DNA of 64,000 nt from Vitrella brassicaformis CCMP3155. Its lineage: Eukaryota; Protista; Chromerida. Below the pieces are notes generated by a model that was not told the origin of the DNA, did no database searches, and saw only the letters and a list, made by a program, of their open reading frames with translations. The position numbers and the translations under genes are program-made. The stretch is from the NCBI GenBank assembly GCA_001179505.1, contig CDMY01000391.1:25272-89271 (forward strand). The letters are read 5' to 3'. Positions 35,609 through 49,800 of the stretch are shown one piece after another. Position 1 is the stretch's first letter; each line of letters begins with the position of its first letter.

Positions 35609-38600
35609 TCAGCAGACATCGATGTCGTCCAGCGCATCGTCGCCATAGGCGTGCCGGGAGGGGAAGATCTGCGTCCAGTGGAAGGCCCACTCGTTGGGCA
35701 GCCCCCTGTGCGGCCATCCTGGCCACCTCTCTATTTCTGAAGCATTGCCGCTGCTGGCACCTATAGCGCCCCGCCACTTGAAGGCCGGAAGGGGAATATG
35801 GGGCGGACCGGACGTGCCTTGGGGCATCATTGCCGCAAACAAGCACTTGTTGACTACCTGCAGCCAGCCAGCCAGCCAGCCAGCCATGGATGAGATACAA
35901 ACACACGATGCACAGTACTAGATGTGTGTTTGAGGATGCGTCCATTGTGTGCTCACTTACTTTGGCGTCGATGGCGCCGTTGGGTATGGGGTCGATCTTT
36001 GAGAGGTCGAAGCGCGCGGCGATGGCTATGCTGGGGTCCTCAGGCAGCCCACTCTCACTGCACACAAATGGCCGGGTGCACAGAGAGACAGAGAGACATG
36101 AGTGTGTGTGTGTCTGTGTACCGATTGTCGAGTGGCGATCTGTTTCTCGTCATGAGTTGCCTCAGTTCATGCAGCTCGCTCATGTCGGCACTGTGGTGGG
36201 CCAGCAGCACTGCCCGCGGGTTGTGGTCATACGAAAAGATGTTGCCGTGCTCCTGCTGCGCCTCTATGTAGCCCATTCCCTTCGCTACGTCGTCATAATA
36301 CGGGCGATTGGTGGACAGAAAATGGCCCTTAGATGACAGCACCTGCGTCAACACACACATGCACATGACATGAATGGAGACCTCTGTGTGTTGGGTGGGC
36401 ATGTGCCTGCACACCCACACAGCCTGCGTGTGTACGTGTGTGATGTCTCCAAAGTGTGTGAGGCCCGGCGACTGCTCGAGCAGGAAGAACGCATTGTCAG
36501 TGAGGCCGCCAGACTGCCGAAAACGGCCGTAATCCATCGCCATCCACTGGCTGCTGCCATACCCTACACACACACACACACACAGAAGCCACCATAAATG
36601 CACTCGACAGAGTGTGTGTGTGTGTGTGTCCCCTGTGCAGACCTGTGTTCTGTCTGGCGACGCAGCTGGTGAGGTGTGTGCCGGTGGTGGCGGTGCGGCC
36701 GCATGCGACCACGTGGAGGAAAAGAGGAATGGGGGCGGCCTCCTCGTCGGCCACTCGGGTGTGCATGGCCTTGTCGATGAGAGGGAGTGTGGTGTCCATC
36801 AGCAGCAGACCGCTGCTCAGCACATAGAAGCTGTCGCCCGATCCGATGAACCCTGCACGTACAAATCAAATCAAGGAAGGATGAACAGCTTTCGCACCGA
36901 AGGTGCCATCTGTATGTGTGTTGTGTGTGTGTGGTGCCTGCGTATGATGAAAAGCTGATCCGTGGGGCGGCGAGCTGCGACTTTGGCAGAGCACCGAGGT
37001 TCAACTCATACCTGCAAAGACCAGACCAGCAGACATACCGAGACGCATTGGCCGCTCCGGTCTGACTATCGACCTCACTGACTGACCGTTTCCATATTCT
37101 TGTCATGGTGGAGTAGTCGGACCATGTGGTGTGGCCGATGAGCACATCGCTGCCGTCGTCGGTCACCTTGACCATCGCCGAGCAGTGGCCCGACCGACGA
37201 ACCAGCCGAGACCACTCAAGAAACGCCTAACACACGCCCAGCCATCGATGCATCACATCATGCCCCATTGAGGCCTTCCCCACCTGCTGACCTGTACTTG
37301 TGTGGTGGCATTGTTGAGTATAGCCGCCTTCTGTCTGCTGTCGCCCGTCTGCATGAGCACGGCAGCGACGCTCTCAGGGGGCGGCTGGGAGGGCTCGGGG
37401 GGCGGGCTCATCTCGACATGTGAGTCGTCAACCACCACTTGCTGCTGCTGGGGGCCTGTCTGCCGGTACTTTTGGCTGACAAGACAGTGGGAGAGATGGT
37501 TGTGTGTGTCTGTCCTGCCAGTGGTGCGGTGTGTGTGCGCACCGTACCGTTCATGGCTGGCCTGTGTGTTGAAGGCCTGCCTGAGGTCGCCCATGTATGG
37601 GTGTGAGTTGAGGAAGATCATGTCGGTCATGCTCATGGGGGTGGCATGGAAGTGCCGCGCATTGTCGTTGTAGCCATCCATCATTCCCCACAGCTGCCCA
37701 CACAAAACACAGAAGACCTCCCACTCACACTCACACACGAGAGGCCTTCCATCCACAGGCAATGTGGCCCACCTGGAAGAAGGCGTATCTGACGTGCTTC
37801 AGATAGGGGTCGTCAATCTCGTCGACCAGTGTGTGGTGGTGGAAGTGTATTTCTCGCTTCATCGCCGCCAGTTGCCGCTCGAAATGCGCGCCGATGTTCT
37901 GCAGGGCGTCCGTGTCGTGGTCCTCCATCAGCAGCAGATCCACTAGATTGGCATTCATCTCCCCTGCACAGCGACACACAACACACCGACCCATGTGTTT
38001 AAACAAACGTCTGTGTGTATGGAAGAAGCAGAGAGCTGACCGATTCGCACGGCAGAGAGGAATCCCTCCGCATAGCCTGACAGACACACAGACACACAGA
38101 CGGGCGTTGCTGATTGATGGATGCCCTTCCTTCGTGCGTAGGGTGCACACACAGCTTACGGACCTGCGGCGTACATTTTGACGTCATTGCTGGCGATGTC
38201 GTGGCCAGAGGTCCGCAGGTAGAGATGCCCCCACCCCTCCGTACTCAAAGTATCGTTGAACCTGCAGGCAACACACACAATCCACGCAGACAAAGACGAC
38301 AGACACCAATCTGCCCATTGCAAAGGCAGTGCACCCTCCCTCCCTTACTGGTGTTTTGTGTTGTGCTCACCATCCATAGGCAATGCAGGTGTGGTCAAGC
38401 CCCTTGATGACCCGCAGCTGCCCAGTGCCCCTGTTCATGCAAACGCTCAAGCCATCCAGCGGGTCACACGCCTCCATGTCCAGCCCAATCTCCATTGGGA
38501 ACAGCCTGCCAGACGGCTGGTGGTGCCCCTGGCCAGACGGGGCGCCTTCATTCGGCTGCTGTTGTTGCTGCTGCGACAGGGAGGCGCTGATTGAGCGAGA

Positions 38601-38696
38601 TCCGCTGAATGCCAGCCGCCTATGTGACGAGAGGCGGGCAGATCTGCCAACGCCTACCAGCAGAAGGCACACAAACCAGCGTGAAAAAATCCTCAT
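35609..38696 (-). CDS. PLBD2: Phospholipase B-like Ntn hydrolase
   Basis: Signal peptide, then GHCSAMVKV (N-terminal nucleophile Cys), GHTTWSDY, RISFSSYAG|FIGSGDSFY, LEQSPG, YDHNPRA, AIAARFDL, GAIDAK and WPHRGLP. Confidence 0.9.
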
Positions 38697-38776
38697 CCGC
38701 CCTGTGAAAAAATAGAAAACAGTGTGTAAATAGACGGGACTTCTCTATTTCTTTCTCTCCAGGCTTCCACTCTGTG

Positions 38777-41004
38777 ATGGGTGGCATTCTGTCCATCATT
38801 GCCGCCGCCCGGTCGGCTCTTCTGTCCTTGATCTTCCCGTGGCGCAAAACCAACCTCACGGAAGCACCTTCCAAGAGCTCCAGCGGCGGCTCAGCCCGTC
38901 GCCGCGTGAGCTCATCGTCGACTCCAGAGTGGTGCCGGTGCTCAACACTCTGCTCAAGAACAGCTGGCGTCCGCGGCTCCAGGCGGAGGCGGTGAGATCT
39001 CTGGCAGCTGCGGGTGCGGTTTCTGTCCCGACGCTGGTGCAGCTTCTCTCGAACCCGTCCACTCATCTCGGGGTGCGCGTCATGGCGGCGGATCTCCTTT
39101 GCCTTGCCAAGATGTGTTATGACGTCGAGCAAAGCGTCTCGGAGAGCGTCAGCATGACAGCTTTGCTCGACGTCCTGGCCAATGGACTCAACGGCGGTGA
39201 TGCAGCCATCAAACTCGAGGCCGCCAGTACAGTTCGCAGGCTGCTGTCCATCGGAGAGGAGCCGCCCATCCAGGAGTCCATCGATGCGGGCGTCATCCAA
39301 CCACTCGTCCAGGCACTCGCCGACTCGGCCTGCCCGAGACTACAATTCGAAGCGGCGGGGGCGCTGACCAACATCACTGCGGGCACATCGGAGCAGATCC
39401 AGGCGGTGGTCGATGAGGGTGCCATCCCGCTCTTCATGCAGCTGCTGGCGTCTCCTGACGACGCTGTGCGCGTCCAGTCCGTGTTGGCACTGGGCCACAT
39501 CGCAGACGACTCGACAGCACACCGCGACCTGGTGCTGGAGGCTGGGGTGATGCAGCCGCTGCTCAACCTCCTGCGCGATACCGAGACGGTATTCGCCCTC
39601 CTTGGCGCTGTCACTTGGACGCTCGTGGGTCTCTGCCGCGGCCGGCCAAGGCCCCTCTTCGGTCTGGTGTCACCCGCCCTGCCGCCTCTCGTCGGCCTCA
39701 TCAACACTCCCCAGCAAGACGAAATAGTGCTCATCAACGCCTGCTGGGCACTGGCCTACCTGACCGACGGGCCGGCAGGGCAGATCGACACATTCATGGG
39801 CACTGGCGCGTGCCGCCGTGTAGTGGATCTGCTGACCAACGCCAGCTTGGAAGTCCAGACATCTGCCCTGAGAACAGTGGGCAACGTCCTCACCACTGGT
39901 GGGTGGGTGGGTGGCAAGCCCGAGGGGCCAATAGGTACTCTGTCTGTGTGTCGTTCAGGTGACGATCATCACCGTCAGGCGCTCATCGAGTGCGGTGCCC
40001 TTCCCCAGCTGAGTGTGCTGCTGTTGTCACCTAGGAACGACCTTCGCAAACAGGCGTGCTGGGTCGTATCCAACTTCGTGGCCGGTAGGTGGCTGGGTGG
40101 GGAGCTACAGAGGACGCCGCATGTTTGATTTGTGCAGGCACGCGTCAGCACATCCAGGCAGTTATCGATGGCGGCCTGGTACTTCGGCTGGTCGAAATGG
40201 TCGCAACAGACGAGTGGTGGGTGGGCCAAGAGGCCGCATGGGTCATTGCCAATGCAGCGACGGCCGGATCACAGCAGCAGGTACGCAGAGGGAGACACAA
40301 TCAACATGGTCAGTGGGGTGGTTTCTGTGACCCCCGTTTCTTCATTCAGGTTGAATCTCTGGCCAATTGTGGATGTGTGGAGCCCCTGTGTCGTCTCCTA
40401 GAGCTAGCTTAAGACCGCAACGAGACCATTGTTGCCCTCAACGGACTCACAAACATCCTATAGTATGCATATTCACACATGCTGCGCACACACATACAGG
40501 CACACGAAGCATCCTCGTTGTGTGTCCAATGCGTGCAGTGAAGGGTGGCAGGTGCAGGTGCGTGAGGGCTACCCAATCAACCTCTGGTGTATGATGGTGC
40601 AAGAGGCTGGCGGCCTGGACAAGATCATCGAGCTGCAGGACAGCGAAGATCCGACCATCGCACATAAGGTCAGTACAACCAACACATATATGAATACACA
40701 AGGCAACCCAGCTCCTCCCCTCACCGTATGGCCCGCCTTTTCTTGCTCACAGTGTCGTGCGATTCTTGAGGCCCACTTCCCTCGAGCTGGCGGCGGTGAC
40801 CAATACCCGCTGGGCCATGATAGTGATGGTGCTGATGAGGGGGGTGAGGCGGCTCACGACGACGATAGCTACGGGGACATCGATAGCGATGACTACGTAG
40901 AGACCGGTGTGGTCCCTGCAGCCGACACCGACGGGAAGAAAAAATCGGCGGGCAGCCTGACGCAGTCGGAGCCTTCTGAGTCGATTTCTGACGGGGATAG
41001 CTAG
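38777..41004 (+). CDS. Importin-alpha-like ARM-repeat protein lacking an IBB domain
   Basis: NPPIQ-like EEPPIQESIDAGVI, LQFEAAGALTNITAGTSEQ, ACWALAYL, ALRTVGNV, KQACWVVSNFVAG, EAAWVIANA and EAGGLDKIIELQ, ending in an acidic tail. The start is uncertain (38777 via a 53-nt intron, or later). Confidence 0.85.
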
Positions 41005-41170
41005 ATGATGTACGGGGGGGAGTAGATGCTTCGCTTCTGTGGTGCATCATGTGTACAGTGAATACGTCATGGATCGATGGAATTTGTGGTGGTATGCATC
41101 CATTGCATTATATAAATGGCCGCATCCTGGCCCATCAGTAAACGGAAAAAGAAAGTTCCGCCGCTACGCC

Positions 41171-41729
41171 ATGGCGACGCATTTGGCGAAGCCGTCCTAT
41201 AGTGAGCGTTATCGCGACGACACCCACGAGTTCCGGCACGTCATACTCGACAAAGAGGTCGGTCCGACAATGATGGATCTGGCAAGAGAAGGCCAATGGC
41301 TGGATGGCTGGCTGGCTGGCTGGATGGTGGTTCTTTCTTCGCAGACCAAGAAGATCTATGACGAGTGCATCCGCGAGAAACGGAAGAACGGCGAGGACGA
41401 ACTCCTGGTATGTAAGCCACAGCTGGGGAAATGCCCACGGTCATCCATCCAATGTCATCCAATGGCACATCCATCATTCGTCGCTTTCCCTGGTGTGTGC
41501 AGACGGAGAAGGAGTGGCGTGAGGTGCTGCACCTCACACAGTCCAGCGGCTGGCGCCACTACGGCATATACAAGTGGGTAGATCTCCATCCATCCCACGC
41601 ACCTGCATTGCAATGCATTCGCATCACATCTGTGGCAGTGGATGGATGGATGCTCTGTGTCTGCCTCCCGGTGTGCGCAGGCCGGAGCCGCACATTTTGT
41701 TGTTCAAGCGCCCCCGCACCGACAAGTGA
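41171..41729 (+). CDS. CKS1: Cyclin-dependent kinase regulatory subunit
   Basis: Four exons: YSERYRDDTHEFRHVILDKE|...LL|TEKEWREVLHLTQSSGWRHYGIYK|PEPHILLFKRP. Confidence 0.93.
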
Positions 41730-43777
41730 GTGGGGAGGGGCCGGAGCATGATGCTGCCTGCCAGCGAGGCGAGGCGCGGCGCAGCAGCAGCAGTAGACGC
41801 GATATATAGATGGATGGATGGGTGGGGAATGCATTGAATCGATGGACGGGACCGACCAATGGTGTATACCTAACTGGCATGATCCATGACAGACAGACGC
41901 GTGTATGTGTGTGCCAACCATGGACACGACATGACACTCGTGCGTGCAAGAGCGACAAGTCAAGAATATCCTTTGCCCTGGGCCGGCCATTATTCTCTTG
42001 ATTTTCATTTTCGACCGTCCGGTCCGCTGTGTCCTGTCTGTCTGTCCACCAACCATCATCTCTTGTCTGTCTGTCCGTCTTTCTGGCCTGTCCTTCCCCC
42101 CGTCTTTCGGTGGGCAGTGGGTGGGTGGGTGCCAGTGGGTGGCTGTCATCGCCCGGCTGTCTTACATACTTGCTGCAGTGCTTGCTTGCTAGATAGATAA
42201 ACTGTCTGTCCGTCTGTACAAAAGTAGGCAGGAAAAAACCCTAACACTCTCCTCTCCGCCCGCCACAGCGCACTCCACTCATCCACTCCATGCATGGCAC
42301 AGGACACTCAGTGAGGCAGGTCGACACGTACAGCGTCGATTGGCATGCCATCTCTTGGTTGCTTCGGTGTGCGTCTGTCCGCTTGTCTGTGGCACTCGGC
42401 TGGAAAGGCATCGCATGTCGACCGGACCGCCGGCGACACTTGAGACCAACCCGGCCGACATGCCACACAAACAGACATACGCGCGTGAGACAGACACAGA
42501 CAGAAATCACGCCACGCCCCATTTCATTCATATCACTGTATCACTGCACACAACCGACCGCATGGTTACGATACGCACCATTTCTCCCTCTCAGACACAT
42601 CACCACCGCCAGGCAGCCAAGAAGGCAGTCGGACCGGTATCAACTCAACTCGTGTGGCAGGCACGCAGACTGATTGTGTTGAGGGTCGCCAAAACCTCAC
42701 TACCAGCTGTAAACACCGGACAGACAGACAGACAGACAGGCAGACACACAGACAGACGAGAGCGACGAGCGCCGGTCAGGCATGAGCATGCGGGCATCCT
42801 TTCACTTAGACACTGTCCGTGGAGTGTGATGTGGTGTGTGTTGCGATCGGCGCTGGCTGGGTGCAGACCTGGCTCGGCCAGACAAGTGCGAAGAAGTGGC
42901 TGAGTAGTAGCAGCCGTGCTTCGCTGAGATGCATCCGCATCCATCCATCGTCACACACAGGCCGGCCGACCAGCGCACCAGCGGACGAAAAAAAGGCTCC
43001 ATCATCGAATGAGTGAGTGAGTGAGTGAGTGAGCTGGTCATGGTCATGCACGCAGCAGGCATGGATTAGGCAATCAATCGGATTGGATTAGGCAATCGCT
43101 GAGAAGAGAAAGGCAATCTTACCTACCTACACTTGGCCAGCCGTGGAGAGGAAAGATAATGCATAGCTACCATACACTCGGCTGCTCTCTGTCTCTTGCA
43201 AACATACGTACGTATCTCGCTGCCCCTCCCTCCCTCCCCTCCCCATATCTGTTCGCCCGCCTGTACAAGTTCTAGTCGGCTACCTGCTCTATGCTCCAAA
43301 GTCTACACTCAGTCATTGTCTGGCCATCTGTGTCGGGGGCAAGAGGGGCATTGGGGAGGGAGGGGAGGGGCATTGGGGAGGGGGAGGGATTGGAGGGGAG
43401 AGAGCGGTCCGCTGACGGGCTCTCTGTCTCCTCCTCATCTAGATCACTAGAGATAAGACAGATGGCGGGCTGGCTTACTGGCTGACCGATGGCCCGCATT
43501 TCGTCTGTGTGTGAGTGTGTGTATGTGTGGGTGTGATGCGTCAGTTAGTCAGTCGGCTTGCAAAAAACCTAGGCATGCAATGCAGCAGGGGAGAGCGAGC
43601 GAGAGACAAGCGAGTACACGGACTCGAGTCGAGAGAGGCAGGCGTAGCGTATCGGTATGGTTAGATAAGATGAGGTGGATGCGTGGATGCTGCCTCAAGC
43701 AAGAGAGAGCCTCATTCGATTCGTAGAAACACACGACACGCACACACGAAAGGCCCAGGCCCCCCCCCCCCCCCCCC

Positions 43778-44077
43778 NNNNNNNNNNNNNNNNNNNNNNN
43801 NNNNNNNNNNNNNNNNNNNNNNNNNNNNNNNNNNNNNNNNNNNNNNNNNNNNNNNNNNNNNNNNNNNNNNNNNNNNNNNNNNNNNNNNNNNNNNNNNNNN
43901 NNNNNNNNNNNNNNNNNNNNNNNNNNNNNNNNNNNNNNNNNNNNNNNNNNNNNNNNNNNNNNNNNNNNNNNNNNNNNNNNNNNNNNNNNNNNNNNNNNNN
44001 NNNNNNNNNNNNNNNNNNNNNNNNNNNNNNNNNNNNNNNNNNNNNNNNNNNNNNNNNNNNNNNNNNNNNNNNNNNNN
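43778..44077. other. Assembly gap (300 N) inside a poly-C tract
   Basis: Runs of C on both sides of the N run. Confidence 1.
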
Positions 44078-46849
44078 CCCCCCCCCCCCCCCCGCATCGC
44101 ATTAGCCAGCAGATGACTGCATGCGCAGCATAGGCGCAGGAAGTGAGTGGGACGGGCCGAATGACTGACTGGCCGTGCGTCATGGGTACACCACACCACA
44201 CAGCATACCATACACACACGCACATGGGGGAAAGCCGCCAGCCGCGTGTGGCCGGACGGACGTAAAACATGACATGGTCAGACTGCTAGCTATCGACAAG
44301 ACAAACATCCCTCGGGAGGGACGTCGCAGAGAGAAAGAGAGAGCGAGGGGGAGAGAGAGGATGTTATGTCAAAATCCAGCCATTCATTCGTCCGTACTCC
44401 CAGCAGTCGTACATGTGTGTGCATTCACAGGTCCGTCCATCCATCCATCCATCCCCCCTCCCACAGAGCCCACATGGTGCTACGCAAAGCACAACGAGGG
44501 AGGGCAAAAGCAAAGTCCACACCCACACCAAAGGGCACATCAGTCATCAGCCACTCGTTCCATCAGCCAGCCAGACATTCAGCAAGACGTCCTCCTCCTT
44601 CCTTGTGTGTGTGTGTCTGTGTGTGTGTATGGTTTATCAAGGGCCATTGATTAGACAGACAGCCGTAGTTATTCTTAACACGGATGTGCCGTCACCCTTG
44701 GCCCTGTTGCCTGTTGCCCGACCGCCAAACAGACACACCACACACAACACACGGACGGACGGCCTCGGCGTTATCGATCTCAATCAAGCAGTCGAGTCAC
44801 TCAACCACACACACACACACACACATACAGCCTCCACAGCCAGGTCGGTAGGGAGAGGGAGAGAGGAGGACCCAATGTGTCCATGCAGGGAGGCAGGCGT
44901 GCAGGCAGTAGCACGACACACCACACACAGCACACACAGCAAAGCAGCGGCCAACCAGCCATGCCATGCCATGCCATGCAGGCAATGTCCAGCCGTCCGT
45001 TACATGTATCACACCAACGACACAGACAGAAAAAGATGAAAGAATAAAAGTAAAGCGGGAGGAAAGGACAAGACCCAAGACCCTCTGTAGGCGCTTTCCT
45101 CTTCCCCTCCCCCCATCCCACCCCACCCCTCCTATAAATATGGGATATATAATAATGGACATGGTGGACACGGTTAGTTACTGATGGTCGGTTGCACCTC
45201 TCTATATACACACACAGCCACCATTGCAAGCGACCAGGCAAGGCAAGTGGTATCGTATCGGTATTTGTAAATTTGGTAGGTATCGTATACACACAACACA
45301 ACACATCCGATCCGCTCGCCGTGTGGGCGCCGCTCCCAGACTGGAACGTGGCTGGCTTGCGACACACATGGATGGCATGGATGGTTATACACATAAATGA
45401 ATCCATATTATATATAGATAGCATGGGTGGCATGCAATCATCAAATGAGTATATATGGCGTGACGCCCCTCCCCCCCCTCCCGTAAGTGAGCAATCGTAC
45501 GCACCACCCAAACAAGGATACATATCTGTCCTTCACATATCAACCAATGAGTCGGCCAATTGATGGGCGCCCACCAGACAGGCAGCCAGCCAGCGGTGGA
45601 CGCAGCCAGCCAGCCAGCCAGACAGCCAGGCAGGCAGGCAGGCAGGCATTTTCCCTTCACTTGTTTGTCTACTACGTGGAGCCCTCACTCCCCTACTGTC
45701 TGTTCCTCTCTCCCTCTCTGTCTGTCTGTCTGTCTGCCTTACACACACACACACATACACACCTACACGCGTGTGAACAACTAACAAGATTACAGCACTC
45801 ATCTCTCTCTCTCCCTCTCCCTCGCTCAGGGTCTTTTACGCAGTCACACACACAGTCAGACAGTCAGTCAGTCAGTTAGTGTGTGTGTATGTGTATAAGT
45901 GTGTGTTAAGGAGGCAGGCAGGCAGGCACGCAGGCAGGCAGCCAAGCAGTCGCTTTCAATCATATCATGGCGGGACAGACAGAAAGACAGACAGACAGAC
46001 AGCCGAAAAGGAGGCAACACTCACACGCATGCCGTCATGTAACTCAGTCATTGTAAGAAGTATGTAGTCATTACTCAGTGTCGGTCGGTCGGTTGGCATC
46101 TGTTGGTCGTGGGCCAATCAAATCATCAGGCAAGGGATTTGCAACGGATGCGTCTCGCTAAGCAGCCAGGAAATACCAGCGAGTCGATCGACCGATCGAT
46201 CGGTCGATCGTCCTCCTTACACAAGAACAACAGAGAGAGAGAAAACCAGCAGCAAAGGGGGAAGAGCCCATCCCTCCCTCCCTCCCTCCCCCCTGCCGCC
46301 AAGGTGTGCGTGTGCCCTTCCCATCTACACAGCACGCCCAATCAACGTATCCCAGACCCACAGCTGAGACGTGGGCCAGAAATGCGTTCATTGCGTGGCT
46401 GGTAGAGGAAGAGGGCACATACGACACACACTCGGCAGCTCAGCAATAGGTGGAATCACACCGATTCTTTCCATACATTCCTGCATCCCTCCATCCATCC
46501 ATCCCTGACCTGACTGGCTCGATGTGAGTGTTGCGGGCCTCCCTCTGCTGCCGTGTGTCTCACCGCCCCCCAATCCACGAAGACATCCAACCACAGAGGA
46601 ATGATTGGCTGGCTCGGTGGATGGCGACTGGTGGAACTCTCGGCAGCAAGAAAGCACCGACCACACAAACACACAAAGGTCTACACAGCAAACCCGCTCC
46701 ATCCATCCATCCATCCATCCACCATGCTCCCCCTCCCCCCCAGCGTCCCATCAATGGATCGATTCACACACCAGACAGTCACGCACACACAGCAGCATCC
46801 GTTCAAAACACCCTAATCACACCCCCACCCCCCTCCCGCCGTCGGTCGA

Positions 46850-49800
46850 TCATGCGTTAAAAATCTGTGGCCCGCCGTACTCCTTGGCGGCCACCGCGGG
46901 GCCGTGGCTGATGATGGCCTTGATCGAGTGCAGACCCCTCTCGGCCGCTGGGTCCAACCCGCCCCCCGCACCACCCGATGCTGCCGCTGCCGCTGCCGCT
47001 GCTGCTGCTGGGGTGGTCTTCTCGGCGTGGGCAGCATTGGCCGCGGTGGCGATGGTGGCCTGTGGCTGTGGTGCGGCGGTGGAGGCGTTTGTGTCGGTGC
47101 TGCTGCCGTTGGTGGTGGTGATGGGTGGCTGGCTGGAGGGGTGTGAGGGAGAGGTTGAGGGGGGCTGGGGGGTGGGGGCCTTGTCAGTCACCTTGCTGGT
47201 GGTGCGGCTAGCGTCAGTCGTCTCCTCACACACAACGGCCTGTAATGGAGAAAGAAACAGAGACCTATCCAATCCATGCGAAGAGACGAAGCCCCTCTCT
47301 CTCTTTCTCTCTCTGTCCACTCGGTGGTTACCTTTTCGGCCTCTGCGATGTCTGCCTTCTGTGTATTAGGGGTGTTGGGTGCGACCTGCTGCTGCACGTT
47401 GGTGTGGTCGGGTGACGGCTGGCCGCCGAGCTCGCCGGTCGTCGGGTCGCCGCCCGATGGCGCCCACACCGATGTGTGTGCAGCGGGCGCGTTGGTGGCC
47501 TCGGACGGCACATAACCTGACACCACACCAGACACACACACGCATGCAGAGAGGTGTTCCGTATGTTGGGGGTATGTTGATGCGTGGCGAGTGACTGACT
47601 GACGGACCTTCGCTGCCCCCCGGCTGCTGCTGCTGCTGCGTCAACCCCTCCCCGGCTGAGCCGCTCGCCCCTCCGTCCCCCTGCTGCTGCTGGTGGTGGT
47701 GGTTGCCAGCTAGTGTGCTCTGGGCGAGCTTCAGCTGCAGCTTCTCCATCAGCAGCCGGATGTCCTCCGGATTGGCGAGGTTGGACACCAGCGACTCGAG
47801 CGCGTCCTTAGCAGGCATCATCTGTGTGTGCTGCTGCTGGGCGGGGGTGTAGGGGTATTGCTGCTGCTGCTGCTGCTGGTACGCGTTGGGGTATGCCTGC
47901 TGCTGGTGGTGGTCCTGTGTGTAGGGTGTGCCAGTGGTGTGCGGGGCGAAGTATGCGGCCGATGAGGCGATCTGGCCGTTGTGGCTGCTGGGGTAGGGCT
48001 GCTGCTGCTGCTGCATCTGCTGCATGTGCTGGGTGGATGCCAGGGAGTTGGGCGAGACGTCCGTGGGGCTCTCCTGACCCATCGTCGACCCACACGACGA
48101 ACGTACACCTGCACAACACACACACCGACATAGACGACCGCACAATCAATCGTAGGCCATGTGGTCTCCCTCCCTCTCTACGTGTGTGTGTGCGTGTGTG
48201 TGTGTGTGTGAGGCGTACTGGCAGTCATGGCCATGGCCATCCCTCCGATGGTGCCGTTGGCTGCGTTTGGCAGCTGGTCGGCCCGCTGGCCGTGGGGAGG
48301 GGGCGGCTGCGGCTGGGGGACAGTGAACCGCACCGCCGCCGACGGGAACCACCCACTGCAGCCTTTGTTGCGACCTTGGGTGCACTTGCCATACGTCCTT
48401 GAACGCACACACACGCATTCACGCAGAAGCTTCAAGATGGATCGCATCTCTCTCTCCCTCCGTCTCTCTAAGTGACGGGTGATGTGTGACGCACCAGTCA
48501 TTGGCTTTGTGGATGGTGACCAGCACCTGGTCCCCCCGGTTGAGGAAGAGCATCCTCTCCGTGTGCCTGAAGCCCTCCATCGGCTGGAAGTCGTCGATGA
48601 TCTCGGCGGGGGTCTCGCTCATGGTCACCGGGACGCCCACCTGGCCCTGGACCTGCTGACCCACCCCCACCAGGCCGTCCATGGCCGCCGCCGCCGTGGC
48701 GTCGGCCGGCTGCCCCACTGCCGCACCCATGCCGCCCACACCCATGCCGCCAACACCCACACCCATGCCGCCATCAACGTACCCGCCCTCAGCACCACCT
48801 GACGATGACCACACCACACAGAGATCCATCCATCCTGTTGGCTGTGTGTGGAAGGGCCACTGACCCGTCATGAGCCCTGTGGCGTATTCGTTGATCATGT
48901 TTTGTTGTCCCTGTGTGGGGTAGAGTATGGTGGGCTGCTGGTAGCCGTAGGGGACGCCTGGCTGCGGCCCCATGGGCTGGTGCGACGCGCTGGGCGGGGG
49001 CGGCTGCCCATAGCCGGGCGCGGGGGGGTGGTACCCGTAGAGACCCGGCTGACCGTTGCCCGACGATTGACCACCTGCAGTGAGGGCACACATCCATCCA
49101 CCATACACCATACACCACAGAGAGAGAGAGAGGGAGAGATGGAGACAGAAGGGGTTGTGTGTGTATGTGTGTGTGTGTGTATGTGTGTGTGTATCCCCCT
49201 TCCCCTCCCGTCTGTCCGTGTCCGTGTCCGTTTCTCACATACCTGCCATGGGCATGTGGATGGGCACTGCCTGGTTGGCCGGGTTGCCGAAGGGCCGCCA
49301 CGGCTTCTGCGGGCCCCCACCGGCCGGGTCATGCCGCAGCACCCTCCTGCCGCCGCCCATCTGCTCCTCGGGCAGGGGGTCGCCTGTGCGCTCGACGAGC
49401 GAGACGCCCTCGATGGGCGGGATGTCGATGCCCTTGGTGTACGGCAGCTTGTAGGCGCGCAGGGCACGCTTCTCGGCGAACCCGTGGATGAAGGGGCAGT
49501 AGTAGGTGTCGCAACCGCCCTCCTGGTACTTTTGGCATATGTGCCTGACAGACACGATGGACACACACACAGAGGGAGAGACGGCATGAGACAGACAGAC
49601 GAATGTGTGGGTGTGGGGGTGTGTGCATGCATCTGTGCCACAGAGACACGAGCCTGCCTGTGAGTGCTCTGCCTCTCTGCACTCGCCCCGCCTCTCCCCT
49701 GCCTCCCCCCCCCCCCCGCGCACCACACACGCCCCGCCACACATGCGCCACAAATGCAGTCAGTCATTTCGTCTCCCCGGCTCACATTTTGTAGAATAGC

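Noticed and set aside
43065-43097. Direct repeat GGATTAGGCAATC x2
   Set aside because: A short local duplication in intergenic DNA, with no third unit or spacer structure; not CRISPR-like.
42200-46800. Possible gene or ncRNA in this long interval
   Set aside because: Low-complexity microsatellite-rich sequence with no coherent exon chain, tRNA cloverleaf or snRNA motif recognised.
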